Source: Pseudogymnoascus verrucosus (Eukaryota). From it: DNA of 64,000 nucleotides. The notes under the pieces were generated by a model. It did not search any database, had not been told where the DNA came from, and saw only the letters and a program-made list of their open reading frames with translations. The DNA lies in the NCBI GenBank assembly GCA_001662655.1, contig KV460206.1; one strand, 5' to 3'. A program made the translations under genes and the position numbers. Below are positions 24,855 to 36,931 of the stretch, one piece after another. Positions within the stretch are counted from its first letter, which is position 1, and each line of letters begins with the position of its first letter.

Positions 24855-25270
24855 TCATTTTGCCTCAAACTCTAATATTCGTTCACGGCTTATCGTACCT
24901 TCCTTCTCCCAAGAGTTCTCAGCCGCTAGACGACCCTTCCACTCAACAAAATACTCAATCCTTCCTTTCCGTTCTCGTTTTTTGAGTAACTGCACGCCCA
25001 AGTTCCCTTGATAGCTCGCCTCAAAGTCATTAATGAGATCTGAACTGATGTCGTCCCGTTTCTGCCACGTATTATCCCCATCCTGGAAGCCTGCCCACTT
25101 CACAAGGTACCAAACCACATTACGTAGTGTCCACTTAGCAAGCAGCGCTTCAACCTGGCAGATCCCTTTAGTGGCGTCGATCGCCACCAGATCGCTTTCC
25201 ACTCCTTGGCTGCTATAACGCGGCTGCACTGCTGTGTGTTCTTTGTTCCCAGTTGATAGTATGTTTCCGT
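24855..25270 (-). CDS. Tandem chromodomain-containing ORF (probably fragmentary)
   Basis: Two chromo motifs, YLVKWAGFQDGDNTW and YFVEWKGRLAAENSWE. Confidence 0.7.
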
Positions 25271-25271
25271 G

Positions 25272-25513
25272 AGCTTCTGCAATAACCCAGCAACCCACGT
25301 CGCAACAGAAGCGCCTTGAGGAGTTCCTAGATCGGGTAGATAGCCTTTACAAGGGTAATCATTATTAGTGCCTAAAGGTGAGGTCATACTATAATCAATG
25401 TTGCTTATGAACTTATTATACTTGCTACGAAGTGGTAGTGGATTTAATAACTCCATATGGCCCGAAGTTATGGTGGCTACTACAACCAAGGGGAAAAGGG
25501 TGGAGAACTTCAT
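25272..25513 (-). pseudogene. 5' fragment of a secreted AA11-type lytic polysaccharide monooxygenase
   Basis: Signal peptide followed by His1: HMELLNPLPLRSKYN...DYSMTSPL...YPCKGY...ATWVAG. Similarity stops before the second His (HxGGSCQ). Confidence 0.65.
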
Positions 25514-25929
25514 GTTAGAAAGCTAGCGACAACTAGCTTTAATATCAAACTGTAGAAGAAGTTAGAAAATATAAACATCAATAATACAGTAGAAGGCGAA
25601 TTAGGTGTCGCTATTTTTTTTAGTAGTTCTTTTTAACAGGGTCCATTTCTAGACACTTGCGGCTATGCAACCCTGCCTGCTTGTACCCTAGAGGTACTGC
25701 TGCTAGTTGTCATTGAAGAGCGGCGCTGATTCTTACTGATCGATGCTTCGTAGCACACCGTCTAATGACCTAACCTTACTGTACGGAATCGTTACTTTAT
25801 AAGTATAGCTAGTGCGGCTAGTGGTGGTATATGGTGCTAAGTCGCTTTTATTAATTTACTATTTCTCGTACCATGCTTGCACTACTCGGTCCATTTGCAA
25901 TGGTTCTCTATCTTCTAATTAATGCAGCA

Positions 25930-28900
25930 TTAAACGCCTGGCTCTACATTCTCCATCTGCCACTCATTCAAAGTTTCAAGGGAAGTCTCTGTGTTAGGAT
26001 GATGACGGCCAAGGACCCGTTCTTCCAGCTGAAAGCATATCTCCATCAGTGAAATAGCCTCATTATTTCGGCTTTGGGACTTTAGCGTAAACGCAAGGTT
26101 AGACATGGCTATTAGCGTGTCAGGGTGTTCATGCCCAAGCACTCGTTGTCTCGTCTCCATTACTCGCACCTCCATATCTTCGGCCTCCTTCCACTGCATT
26201 TGACTGTACAAAGTAGAGGCTAGGTTGGCCATACTAGTAAGTGTGTCCTTGTGCTCTACCCCAAGCACCTTCTTCCTCTCTTCTAAAGTTCGTTGGTGCA
26301 TGGCCTTAGCCTCGTCGTACTTGCCCTGGCTATTGAGCACTGAAGCGAGGTTGTTCATGCTCATAAGTGTAGAAGGGTGCTTCTGACCGAGCACTTCTGT
26401 ACTAAGCTGGAGCTCCTCTCGGTGCATGGCCTCACCCTCGTTGTACTTGCCCTGGCTATGGAGCGCTGTAGCAAGGTTTTTCATGCTCTTGAGCGTGGAG
26501 GGGTGCTTCTGGCCGAGCACTTCTGTACTGAGCTGGAACCCCTCTCGTAACATGGCCTCAGCCTTATTGTACTTGCCCTGGCTATAGAGCACTGAAGCGA
26601 GGTTGTTCATGGTCATGAGCGTAGAGGGGTGCTTCTGGCCGAGCACTTTTGTCCTGAGCTGGAGCCCCTCTCGGTGCATGGCCTCAGCCTCGTCGTACTT
26701 GCCCTGGCTATCGAGTACTAAGGCAAGCATCCCGATACTTTCAAAGATTCTCGTGTTATCATCCTGTAGAAGATGTTGACGAGTAGTAAGAGATTCCTGG
26801 CTTTCTGCCTTCGCAATTTCATAACGACCCTGAAGCCAGTTGTACCAAGCCATATTATACAAGAGGGATGCACGCTCAAGCATAGATTGGTTTGACTCTA
26901 GCTCATACTTGAGCACTTTAATAGCATGTGGTGACAAAGCTTCACACGTCTTCCAGTTTCCATAGTCTCCACCTGGAAAAGCTTTTGCCACCACTTCGAT
27001 TGCCTCTCTCCGCCATCTTTCGCTGTCCCCAGATCGCTCTAGCCACTGCCGTGTTGCGAGTTGCACAAGCCTGTGCATCTCAAAGGCCTTACCTCCATTC
27101 TTAATAGTGATCAAAGAAAACTCATCTAAAGGGGCTAGAGCGTCTTCGAAATCGAGGGGAGTGTGGTATTGGGCGCAAAGGAGGAATTCGGGAATCCCTT
27201 GGCGATCGAGCATAGCCATGAGGGACAAAAGCTCTGCAGCTTGTGGCTTGCTCCGCTTAATCTGGTCGAAGGAGATTTGCCAGGTCCGGATCACAGAATT
27301 ATGAACGCCAGGAGCCCGTCTTAGATCCCCAGATTCTTCGTCAAGTAGCCTGGTTTGACTTTGTTCGTTTTGACGATAGAGCATCAAGTACTTAGACACA
27401 CTCATCCGAATGGCTTTCGCGCTAATATATGAAGCGGCTTGAGTAATTGCTAGTGGTAGATAGTCCAGCTCTTTAACAAGCTCGGCACGATCAGAGCTAG
27501 TAGATATACCTTCAGGGATATTAATGCGAAGTAACTGGTCGGCTTCCTCCAGCTCCATCAAATTGACCAAAATGACGCTCGTGTATCCAGTACTGAGCCA
27601 AGATGCTGCTCTTCGGTCTCGTGTGGTAAGGAGTACTGATCCAGTTATAGTCAGTGGGATGTAACTCGATAACGGAAAGGCAGTGTCATTCCATTTTTGA
27701 GATCCCTCCCCTTGCGTCTGTTGAAACATGTCGATATCGTCAGCATTATCGAGAATGATAAGCCAGCGGCCATTATCGATGTTGCTCAACCATCTTAAGA
27801 CTAGGCCCAACACGTCCGTCTTTGGGTCATCTGCACCTGGTAGTTCAAGTTCAGTAGCGATGGATCTGTAAGCTTGTTCGAATCGCTCGGCGGTACTTGC
27901 ATACACCCAGAAGACCCATACTTGAGGGTCCCTCACTCTCAGCCGATACGAGAATTCAATTGCAATTTGTGATTTGCTATGTTCTTGTTAGGTACTAGGA
28001 TATGGAGGGTGGAACCGAGTCATACCCTACCCCACCTAAACCCACAAGGACTGTCCGATTATGGGAGTTAGATTGACAGAACCGCAATTCTAGAGCTGCA
28101 AGAGCATCTTGTCTCCCAACGAACTTTGTATCCCTATCGAATGGAACGGTTGATCGTGGGGGTTTCTTTCTCGACGCAGGCGCTAAATGCCATTCGAGTG
28201 AGTTAGCATTGACTTCAAGATTGACAGAAACGAGAAGGGGTATAGTATCATATTATTGGAACGTCTAGAAAAGGCCTCAGTTCTCTATCAAAAATCACAA
28301 ATACGAGATCAGTTAAGAACAATCTAGAGCTACGTACAAAATCGGTCCAGAACAATTTTCCTAGCATCTTGTTCAAATTCCTTCAAATAACCAACCGCAG
28401 CCTTGTATGCTTCGGCATTGCGATTGTCGAACTTGACAATTTGAGAATGGTCTGCATCAACTGGAATCTTTATCTCGGTGCTGTCGGGAAGTTCGAGAAG
28501 AGCCGAGCTAGACTCGACAGCGGTCATATATTCTCCTGTTCGGCCCCATTTGTTTGTCTTGGGGTTCTAGGAGACAATGTCAGCTATTTTAATCCTTCCT
28601 TGATCGAGCTATCAAAAACATCTCACCAGCTGCAGTCGTCTTGTCTGTTGCCCCTCGTAAAAGCTGACAATCTTCCGATCACGGATCAGATTCTTAAAGT
28701 CCGTGAGCTGATATAATAACAGATTAGACTTTAGTTTAATCTGCTCAAGCAACTCTATCCTCGGGTGCTGATCCTTTCCTGCTACCATACGTTGGATATC
28801 GTCGATAACGAGTCCTTTGTGTAGGGCACCGAAGAATAATATGCCGTATGTTGCTTTATACAAAGCGGCAATTGTTGCATTGTCGCGTTCATCTGTCTGC

Positions 28901-29720
28901 ACCGCTTTTACAAGGCACTGATATAATTAGTATAAAGTGTTCTATTAGTCGGTCCTTAACAATCCGCTGCTAGACTCACATGACCTAGTATGATTCCTCC
29001 AAAGCTATGTGCAATAAAAAAGAGCGGTCTCTCTCGAAGCTAGAAGACGACATTATTAGCTAATTCCACCTTACTCTCGCGATGCACCTTGCCTCTCGTG
29101 TATGCCGGATCCTCTTAATAGCTTCTAAGAACTCTCGTCCATAATCCATAATAGTATTTATGCCATGACTCGAGAGTTTTGAATTATAGCCGTAAATCAT
29201 TGTTCGGCAGTGCGGCAGATCTTTCGAGAGGAAGTCGCGGAGCCACATGCGCCCGAGGTTTCCCTTTCCCTTCCACGAGCCATATGCATGTCCGTTGAGG
29301 CCCGTGATAGCGATTATACTACGTGGTAGATTAGACATATATTCCCTAGGGAGGAAATATTACCTACTCAGCGGTAGCTGGCGAGCCTGGTTCTAGTGCG
29401 TATAGCTGGGTGAACCCAAAGAAGTGTTGGTCGAAATTTATGTCTATGTCGCCCATCTCTACCTGGCAGTCGCCTAACGGGTTGACCATCAGCTCCGACA
29501 GGAATGCAGGCACTCCGCCGTGGAACTCGACTAGCGCGACTTTTTCGTCATTGTCGTTGCAGGAGGGCACAATAGCTGTATTGGGGGTCACCTTCGACGG
29601 TTCGTCCTTCTCTAGGTTGTCGTTGATGGCAGCCTTCAACGCTTGGTTGAGCTCGTCGTCAGGCAGAGAGGCTGGGAGACCGGTTACCCGGAAAACAGTA
29701 CCCTTCTTTCTGGACGCCAT
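25930..29720 (-). CDS. Fungal NLR-like protein: SesB-like alpha/beta hydrolase, NB-ARC, TPR (multi-exon)
   Basis: GLNGHAYGSW...MWLRDFL...YGYNS and FIAHSFGG hydrolase motifs; spliced P-loop GLGGVG|KSQIA; Walker B WLIILDNADD; LPLAITQAA; MHRLVQ; 42-aa TPR repeats. Confidence 0.9.
26290..26730 (-). repeat. 126-bp tandem TPR-coding repeats with high internal identity
   Basis: GTACTTGCCCTGGCTAT recurs at 26317, 26443, 26569 and 26695 (period 126). Confidence 0.9.
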
Positions 29721-30089
29721 CTCGGTTCATCGTCGAGCGGAGCCTTCACCAGAGCTTTGAGCGTCAGATGGGCGGAGGGTTGGTTGCACCTGGAAGGGGA
29801 GGCAGAAGGAGGGCAGCTAAGGCTAACAAGGCTTAGTACAGTAAACCCTCAGCCGCACATGGGCGATTAAGGGTGGGACTCCGGCCCGCACCGCTGTGGA
29901 TTCGTAGTGCGCATTATCTGCTATGGCAATTGTGCACGTCTGTAGTGGACGACGTAACCATCGTATCCAACTGTTCGCTTCGCTACAGTCTGAATAACTC
30001 AGGTTGCTGGAGAATTTTGTAGAGGGTCTCGGGGAAGCCCATAGAATCCTGTCGAAGCTCTGTCTAAGCCGCCGATTCTACCTCTCTTA

Positions 30090-32190
30090 GTACATACCTC
30101 TAGCAGTACCTCCTAGTACATGTATCTATAAAGCTACAACAAGCTATAGGCCTACCCTACAGTCTTACAAATAAAGTTAACTAAAAATCCCATAATACCT
30201 AATTCGCCTTCTACTATAGTAGTAGTGCATTTTAAACTATAAGTAGGGAAAAGCTTATATTAGCTTCTACTAGTTATAATTATAGGCTATAGATAAGGTG
30301 TTGTTAGCATAGAAGCTACTTTTAAATACTTCTTATAAGGACATAGGGAATACAGCTCTCTATAGGTGCAATATAAGTGTAAGTTAGAGGTAATTGTTAT
30401 AGGCATAGTAGGAGGCCCTACCTTAGGGGTAACGTGTTAACGTGTAACGCTAGGTCTTAAACTATAAGACTTATAGAGGTTTTATTACGTTAGTTTACTT
30501 AATAGAGGAGGTAGGGGATTAGACACAAAGGCTTTTATAAAACATATTATAGTATATAACAAAATACTATATTAAGTTAAGTATAAAGCTCCTATCTAAG
30601 ACTAACTATTTACTTATATAGTAGCGTTATACTAAAGGGAATAGTTAGAATAGTAAACTCCTTTGCTATTCTTACTATTCCTACTATTCTATTATATAGG
30701 GTTCTAATAAGGAGGTGCCTATAAATAGTCTAGTACCTGCTCTATCTAGTACTTAGTAATAGTTAGGTACCTAGAAAGAGTTAGGTGCCTACTCTATCTA
30801 GTACCTATAGAAGTAGGTGCTTACGAAAACTCTATTACCTAATGTTAACCCTACCTTAAGGGTAGTTAACTTACTAATATGTTTATTACTACTATAACTA
30901 GTGTGTTAGTAAAAGTGCAGCTGTAAATGCTAGCTATAACATTATACTTCTAAGCCTATAATTCATTTCTATAATATACTAGAAGGTGCTAATAGTCTAT
31001 ATATTATAATTATAAGGACATAGGGCACTATATTATAAGAAGTTATATATAGGAGTGTAAGTTAGATAGAAGTTAGTGCAATCCTATAGGTCTACTATAA
31101 AGGATATAAAAAAGATAAAGGTATAACCCTATATAGCTGTTCCTTTAAAATACCTAAAACTACTCTAACTTAGCTAGCTCCTTATTTACCTAAGGCTTCC
31201 TTACGTTATGTGCCTAAGGCTGTTAGTTGTAACTAACCTATAACGGCCCTAAGTCTTAATAGTGCTACGTGACAGCTATAACTACCCTAAGTAAGGAGGC
31301 ATCCTTATAATAATAACCCTTACTTAAAATGTAGATAATTATAAATATTACCCTTTTCTTTACTAGAATAACTCTATCTATTACCTAACTTAGGGTTACT
31401 CTCTAATATAAAAACAGAGAAGCTATTATAGTAAATAAATTTAACGTTTCTATGTTTTATATATCTATAGGTAATTTAGGCTCTATTAACACTCTTCCTC
31501 TAAGTAGGATTTGTAAGGGTTTAGTGGAAGCGTGCTACGGCCGCAGGCTCCGGTAACAGAAATGGTATTCAACAGACAAATCTCTAAGCCCCCCCTATAG
31601 GGGGCTTAGCTACTCTTATCTACTGCTTCGCAGTCGGGTCCCTGCCGACTCGGCGGCGGGTCGGTGCTACGTGCCATCCTCTTACTGGCTATAGGGCATA
31701 GGGCATATGGGTGCATGGGCGCGACTGCCACGGGATGCCTAAGGCACCGGTAACAGAAATGGTATTCAACAGACAAATCTCTAAGCCCCCCCTATAGGGG
31801 GCTTAGCTACTCTTATCTACTGCTTCGCAGTCGGGTCCCTGCCGACTCGGCGGCGGGTCGGTGCTACGTGCCATCCTCTTACTGGCTATAGGGCATAGGG
31901 CATATGGGTGCATGGGCGCGACTGCCACGGGATGCCTAAGGCACCGGTCCCCTAGTCCCCGGGCCCGCGTCGCCCCCGAGGTGGGCCTCCTGCCGTACCC
32001 GTAACAGGATTTATTAGGAATAGTTTAGATTAAGGTATCTTAGGGATAATTAATTATTACTAGTTCCTTTAATAATTAAGCTGTCCTTATAAGGGTTAGG
32101 ATAGTTATAGATGTAGCTAAGTTATGTTATAGCAGAGGAAGAAAGCTTAGTAAGAATTGAATAAGTTTTGAATACGTGTTGTTGTAGGAG
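30090..32190. mobile_element. AT-rich RIP-degenerated transposon relic (interrupted by a solo LTR)
   Basis: Abrupt AT/TpA enrichment with little CpA/TpG and no ORF of 60 aa or more. A possible decayed zinc knuckle lies near 31003-31050. Family not identifiable. Confidence 0.75.
31512..32006. mobile_element. Solo LTR with 5-bp TSD and internal 197-bp tandem duplication
   Basis: TGTAAG...GTAACA termini, GGATT on both sides (31507-31511, 32007-32011), and 31550-31746 repeated at 31747-31943. Confidence 0.88.
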
Positions 32191-32326
32191 ACGCGTTGTT
32201 TAGGTGGGGCTATTTATGGGCTACGTCTAATTGGGACCTAGCTTACAGCTCAGTACGAACTTTCAATTCCTCACCAAAACTACAGCACGGGCCTACCTAC
32301 GCGCCCAACAGTATGACGGACCTTTT

Positions 32327-33724
32327 TCAAAGGCATGACCGAGCGACAGACTCCTTCTTCCCACCCTCCCCCTTCCACTCCCCCTCCCCCTCCTCCTCCT
32401 CCCCCTCATCCTCAGCCCTCCTCAACTCAACCCACCAAGTAGTCCCCCAATTCCTCCTCCTCACCTCCACCACCCTCAGTCCCCCCATCTTCTCAACCTC
32501 CTCCAAAATCCCACCCACCTCCCTATTCCACCAACACCCAAACCTCTCCGCGTGACCCGGCGCCAGGGCATCGAGGATATTATTCAACCACCCCCAGTAT
32601 CCCCTTCCATGCTCTAAGAGTAAGATGCGGCCGTCGGGTGCGAGGTGGTTGGAGAGGTTGAGGAGGAGAGAGGCGGGGGCGGGGGTGGAGCAGAGGCCCA
32701 TGGTTTGGAGGATTGTGTCGTATTTCTGGGGCGAGGTGGTGAGTGAGGTGGTGGGTGAGGTGGAGGTGGAGGGTGAGGAAGTGGAAGAGGGCGGAGGCGG
32801 GAGAGGCAGCGATGCGTCTTGCACAACCCACTGCACGCCCCTAACCCGAGGATGCTCTCTAGAGAACTTCTCCCTCGCCACAGCAATCATCTGGGGCGAC
32901 TTATCCACCGCCGTGAAACTCGTCACTTTCCCTCCCTCTTCCCCTTCCCCCTCCTCTCCCTTCTTCCCCTTCCCCTCCCCTTTCTTCCCAGTCATCACCC
33001 CCCCAAACTCATAAAACCCCATATTCCTCCCCGTCCCAACACTAACCTCACACACCCTCCCCCTTGCCTTCGCCGCCATCTCCTTCCGTAGTTGCAAAAG
33101 CCCCATAGACCACTCCATCCACTCCACGTCCCCGTCGAATTCGGTGGCGATGTCGTTGTATCGTTCGGAGACGTCGAGGGGGACGCTGTGGATGGCATTG
33201 GGGGAGGAGGAGGAGGTGGCGCGCCGGTAGGTGACGTAGATGTAGCTGCTATACCCGGCTAAGGTGAAGGCAGTTAGGGAGCCGAGGAGGAGGGGGAGGG
33301 TGCGGTGGCGGAGGGGGTTGGGTGGTGGTGGTGGGGTGGAGGAGGAAGGTGGCGGTTGTTTGGGGAGGGGTTTTCGGGGGGGACTATGAGGGAGGTTAGT
33401 TGGGTTGCTGCGTAATGGGGGTATATGGGAAGTGGGAGGGGTGGGAGGTGGGGGTAGGCGGTTTGGGGAGCTGGTGAAGGAAGGACGGGGGGAGATGGGG
33501 AGGGAGCTGGTGCTTGGGAGGGAAGGGGGACGGGGAAGGGGAAGGGGGACAAACCTATAAGGTAAAGGCTTCACCTTCTTCGGGCCACTCGGTTTTGTAC
33601 CCTTCGCGCGCAGTGGCGCGTTGGTGCTTAGACGGTTTATATATATTTTCGGCGCGCATCGACGACAAGTTGACGGTGTTGTCCTAGCGAGAAACCGGAG
33701 GAGGGGCGCGGTGGGGGCTTTCAT
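32327..33724 (-). CDS. OMS1: Mitochondrial SAM-dependent methyltransferase, OMS1-like
   Basis: Presequence, one TM segment, EVSVGTGRN motif I, DTILQTMGLCS, LLLEHG, and HAERFGCWWNR. Confidence 0.8.
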   Translation of the reverse strand: MKAPTAPLLRFLARTTPSTCRRCAPKIYINRLSTNAPLRAKGTKPSGPKKVKPLPYRFVPLPLPRPPSLPSTSSLPISPRPSFTSSPNRLPPPPTPPTSHIPPLRSNPTNLPHSPPRKPLPKQPPPSSSTPPPPPNPLRHRTLPLLLGSLTAFTLAGYSSYIYVTYRRATSSSSPNAIHSVPLDVSERYNDIATEFDGDVEWMEWSMGLLQLRKEMAAKARGRVCEVSVGTGRNMGFYEFGGVMTGKKGEGKGKKGEEGEGEEGGKVTSFTAVDKSPQMIAVAREKFSREHPRVRGVQWVVQDASLPLPPPPSSTSSPSTSTSPTTSLTTSPQKYDTILQTMGLCSTPAPASLLLNLSNHLAPDGRILLLEHGRGYWGWLNNILDALAPGHAERFGCWWNREVGGILEEVEKMGGLRVVEVRRRNWGTTWWVELRRAEDEGEEEEGEGEWKGEGGKKESVARSCL

Positions 33725-34233
33725 CTTAAATAGCCCAGATGGAAGAGTCGGATGGGTGGATGAGGTGCCCCGTGGGACTTGGAGAGCTGGTTTGAAAGGT
33801 GCTGGCGAGGTGAGGTGAGGTTGAGATACCGCGGACTCGGGGAATTTTGATGGACAGGGGTGGGGTTTAGCGCGAGGCTGTGGGGGAGGGTGGTTATGAC
33901 GACGCGAGGCTGTGGTCAGGAACGGGAAATGTGATAGTTGGCTTAGGAAAAAGCAGATGGACGGACGGGTTTCTACATGGAAATCTGTATCACTTTTAAA
34001 AATACTTCGGGTTGTGATTTAAAGATTTTAGGTATTTTTGTATATTGTAGCATGCATTAATCCGTCGCGCAAACAGAAGAAATAAACTCCGGAATGAAAC
34101 GATAAATCAGTCCTCCTGGAACGTCCCGAATACGAATACAAAAACGCAGTAGCCCTCGTATCCAGAAGCAAACTACAAACACAAACGCCAACACAAAACC
34201 CCCGCGCAGATATCCCGAGAAACACAAACGCAC

Positions 34234-36294
34234 TTACTGGAACTCGCACACACTCTCCCCTCTCCTCCTCGTCCAGAGCAAAGCCTTCCTCCTCCGCCTC
34301 GACCTACCCCGATCCCTCCCCCTCCCCTCTTCCTTCACGTCACCACCCACCACATCCCGCACCTCCTCCTGTTTCACCTCCCTATCTGTCTGCTTCCCTA
34401 ACACCTCATCCCAAGGCATCCTAACATCGTGTGCCCTCACCCCCACCTCCTGCACCCACGCCTCGCGAAACACACCCGCTACCCTCTCTATTTCCTCCTG
34501 ATCCTCCCCCCTGATGCGGTTAATAAAGATCATCGCGTATTCCGAGCGCAACGTCGCATAATCAGTCTCCAAGCTCGTATCCGGGAGCGGATGCGATTGT
34601 CCCATCCCATCATCCCCCCCCGCAGAGTCGCCCGACGGCACAGGTTCAGGGCGTACCAAATCCGCAGTCCAAGGCATAACCTGCCTCTCGCCGCGGGATC
34701 CGAACGCTGTAATGAACGCTGCTTGTATAAGCCTTGCCAGAGTATATCTCTGCATCGGGTCTTTACTCAACTTCCCATCCTTCCCAAACGCCATGTCCTC
34801 CCACTCCTTTCGGAACTGGAGTTGGTCGGCCTCGGACACCCATCCACCGGGTGGAGGATGCAAGGGGTCGTGAGGAGGTTGGACGAGTGGACGATGGGGG
34901 TTAGAGAAGAAGTCGATGTGCCAGGGCATGTTGTCTTCCATGCCGCGGGCGCCGACGCGTTTGATCCACGAGGCTTCCATGAGTACTTTCAGCTCGTTCT
35001 TGCGCTCGGGGGATTTGAGATGCGACGCTACTTGCCATCTTATGAAGTAGTCGCGGCGAGCTTTTTCGTATTGTTCGTCGGTTAGGCCGTTGGGGGTGTT
35101 GCTTCGCAAGCTTGTGGGGGGTGTTGTTGGTGGTGGTGGTTTTGGCGCAGGTGATAGTGCTAGGTCTTGCAGCTGGTCCCAGGTCATGTCGTCCCAAGGC
35201 ATAGTGCGGCGTGTTTCTGGGTATTCTGGGTACCCGTCGGCCTTTCGGATCCATTCATCTTTTATGTCCTGTCTGAAGGTCTCGAAGTCTCGGATGTTAT
35301 TACTAACTCCCGGAAGTCCCTCTTCCCATTTCCTCGTGAGGCGGATAATCTCATTCCGAATATCCCACTCCAGGCACCTATCAAATTTTGTATAGTACTC
35401 ACGCCCCTCATCTGCTACTCCAGTAAAGTCGTCCTCGCCATACGACTCACCACCACCGCCTCGAGCATGCACCCAGAGAGTATCTTTCGTGTCATCGAGA
35501 CTCCCTGACTCTGCGCCATCGCCAATACGACCTCTGAGAGCAGCTTCAATATCTTCGAGACTCCCCAACCCGGCACCATAGCCCTTAGTAGGGCTTCCAA
35601 GAGCGGCGTCCATATCATCGAGATCCCTTAACGTAGCTTCCATATCATCGAGACGCCTAAACGTAGTCTCTGCATTATCGAACCCCCCTAACTCAGCTCC
35701 ATAGCCCTGAGTACCACCACTGAGAGCGGCTTTCATATCATCGAGAGCCCTTAAGGAAGCTTCCATACCATCGAGACTCATTGACGCAATTCCATAGCCC
35801 TGAGTATGCCCGCTAAGAGTGGCTTCCATACGATCGAGACTCCCTAACGCAGCTCCATAGCCCAGGGTACGACCACCAAGAACAGCTTCCATATCATCGA
35901 GACTCCCCAACCCAGCACCATCCCCATACACCTCATCCGCCTTTGCCACCGCCTCCTCAACAGACTCGAATCCACTCTTCTCCCTCAGAGACCTCGCATA
36001 CCCCTCCTTCGTCAACGTGCGATGTAACTTCAGACGCCCGTCGTTATAGCACACAGTACACCACTCCACGCGATCCTCGGGCTCAAATCCAAACTCGGCC
36101 TTTGCGAGATTCGTCATGAAGATCTGTCTCTCTCCCTCTCGGCCCACTGCTGCTGGTTCGATGGTCGAGTCCAGGTATTCGAGGTAGCCGTGGTAGGTGA
36201 AGAAGCGGTGGGTGTGGGTGCATATGAGGAGGGAGCAGATGCTGCAGGTGGGGTAGTTGGGTTGTAAGCGCTTTACTGTTTGGATGAAGTCCAT
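34234..36294 (-). CDS. Hypothetical protein with N-terminal Cys/His motif and internal GYGAxLGSLDDMEA repeats
   Basis: Uninterrupted ORF of about 690 aa; CxxC...HxH and CxxC near the N-terminus; repeats at about 35480-35920. Confidence 0.7.
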   Translation of the reverse strand: MDFIQTVKRLQPNYPTCSICSLLICTHTHRFFTYHGYLEYLDSTIEPAAVGREGERQIFMTNLAKAEFGFEPEDRVEWCTVCYNDGRLKLHRTLTKEGYARSLREKSGFESVEEAVAKADEVYGDGAGLGSLDDMEAVLGGRTLGYGAALGSLDRMEATLSGHTQGYGIASMSLDGMEASLRALDDMKAALSGGTQGYGAELGGFDNAETTFRRLDDMEATLRDLDDMDAALGSPTKGYGAGLGSLEDIEAALRGRIGDGAESGSLDDTKDTLWVHARGGGGESYGEDDFTGVADEGREYYTKFDRCLEWDIRNEIIRLTRKWEEGLPGVSNNIRDFETFRQDIKDEWIRKADGYPEYPETRRTMPWDDMTWDQLQDLALSPAPKPPPPTTPPTSLRSNTPNGLTDEQYEKARRDYFIRWQVASHLKSPERKNELKVLMEASWIKRVGARGMEDNMPWHIDFFSNPHRPLVQPPHDPLHPPPGGWVSEADQLQFRKEWEDMAFGKDGKLSKDPMQRYTLARLIQAAFITAFGSRGERQVMPWTADLVRPEPVPSGDSAGGDDGMGQSHPLPDTSLETDYATLRSEYAMIFINRIRGEDQEEIERVAGVFREAWVQEVGVRAHDVRMPWDEVLGKQTDREVKQEEVRDVVGGDVKEEGRGRDRGRSRRRRKALLWTRRRGESVCEFQ

Positions 36295-36931
36295 TGCTGC
36301 GGTGAGGGGGCGTTGTTTGTGGGTTTGTATATTGGTGATCAAGATTCGGTGTGTGAGATTCGATATGCGAGATATTGTTCTTGGAGAATGGTTGGGAAAC
36401 TCGAGGACTAGGATCTGAGACTGCCATCGCTCAAAGCTTTAAAGGATTTCTTGGTTCTTTGGGGGAGGCTGCATGCGTTTAGACAAAGGCTCGAGTCTTA
36501 GAAACGGATAGAGAGACATCTGGAATACCACGGTTGAATCAGCTCCCTTTGTTCTTGAGTGACAGGGAAGCACCATATTCTTTGGAGCTCCATTCGACGA
36601 ATAAGAACAAAGCTGGTGAAGCTCTCGGATTATGCAGATATTGAATCAGTTAGAACAGTTAGAATATCACTGCTGCCTTCACACGTGATAAAGAGAAGCT
36701 GTAACAGCACAGACATGTTATCTGATCGAGAGCTTCCATTTCTTCACCGAGCATCGTTGGTGAACAGTCCGCTTCTGCAGACATCACGTATAAAAAGATG
36801 GGTTGAGCCATGTCCAAAAGCTTCTGGTCCAGATCACTCGAGAACTCGCATGCCAGCCCTTTTCAGCTCCATCACAACACAACGACATCGCGGCCACCTT
36901 GACACACTTCGCACACCACTCAACCGCCACC

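Noticed and set aside
26290..26730. CRISPR-like regularly spaced repeats
   Set aside because: They are in-frame 126-bp TPR-coding units in a eukaryotic gene, with no unique spacers.
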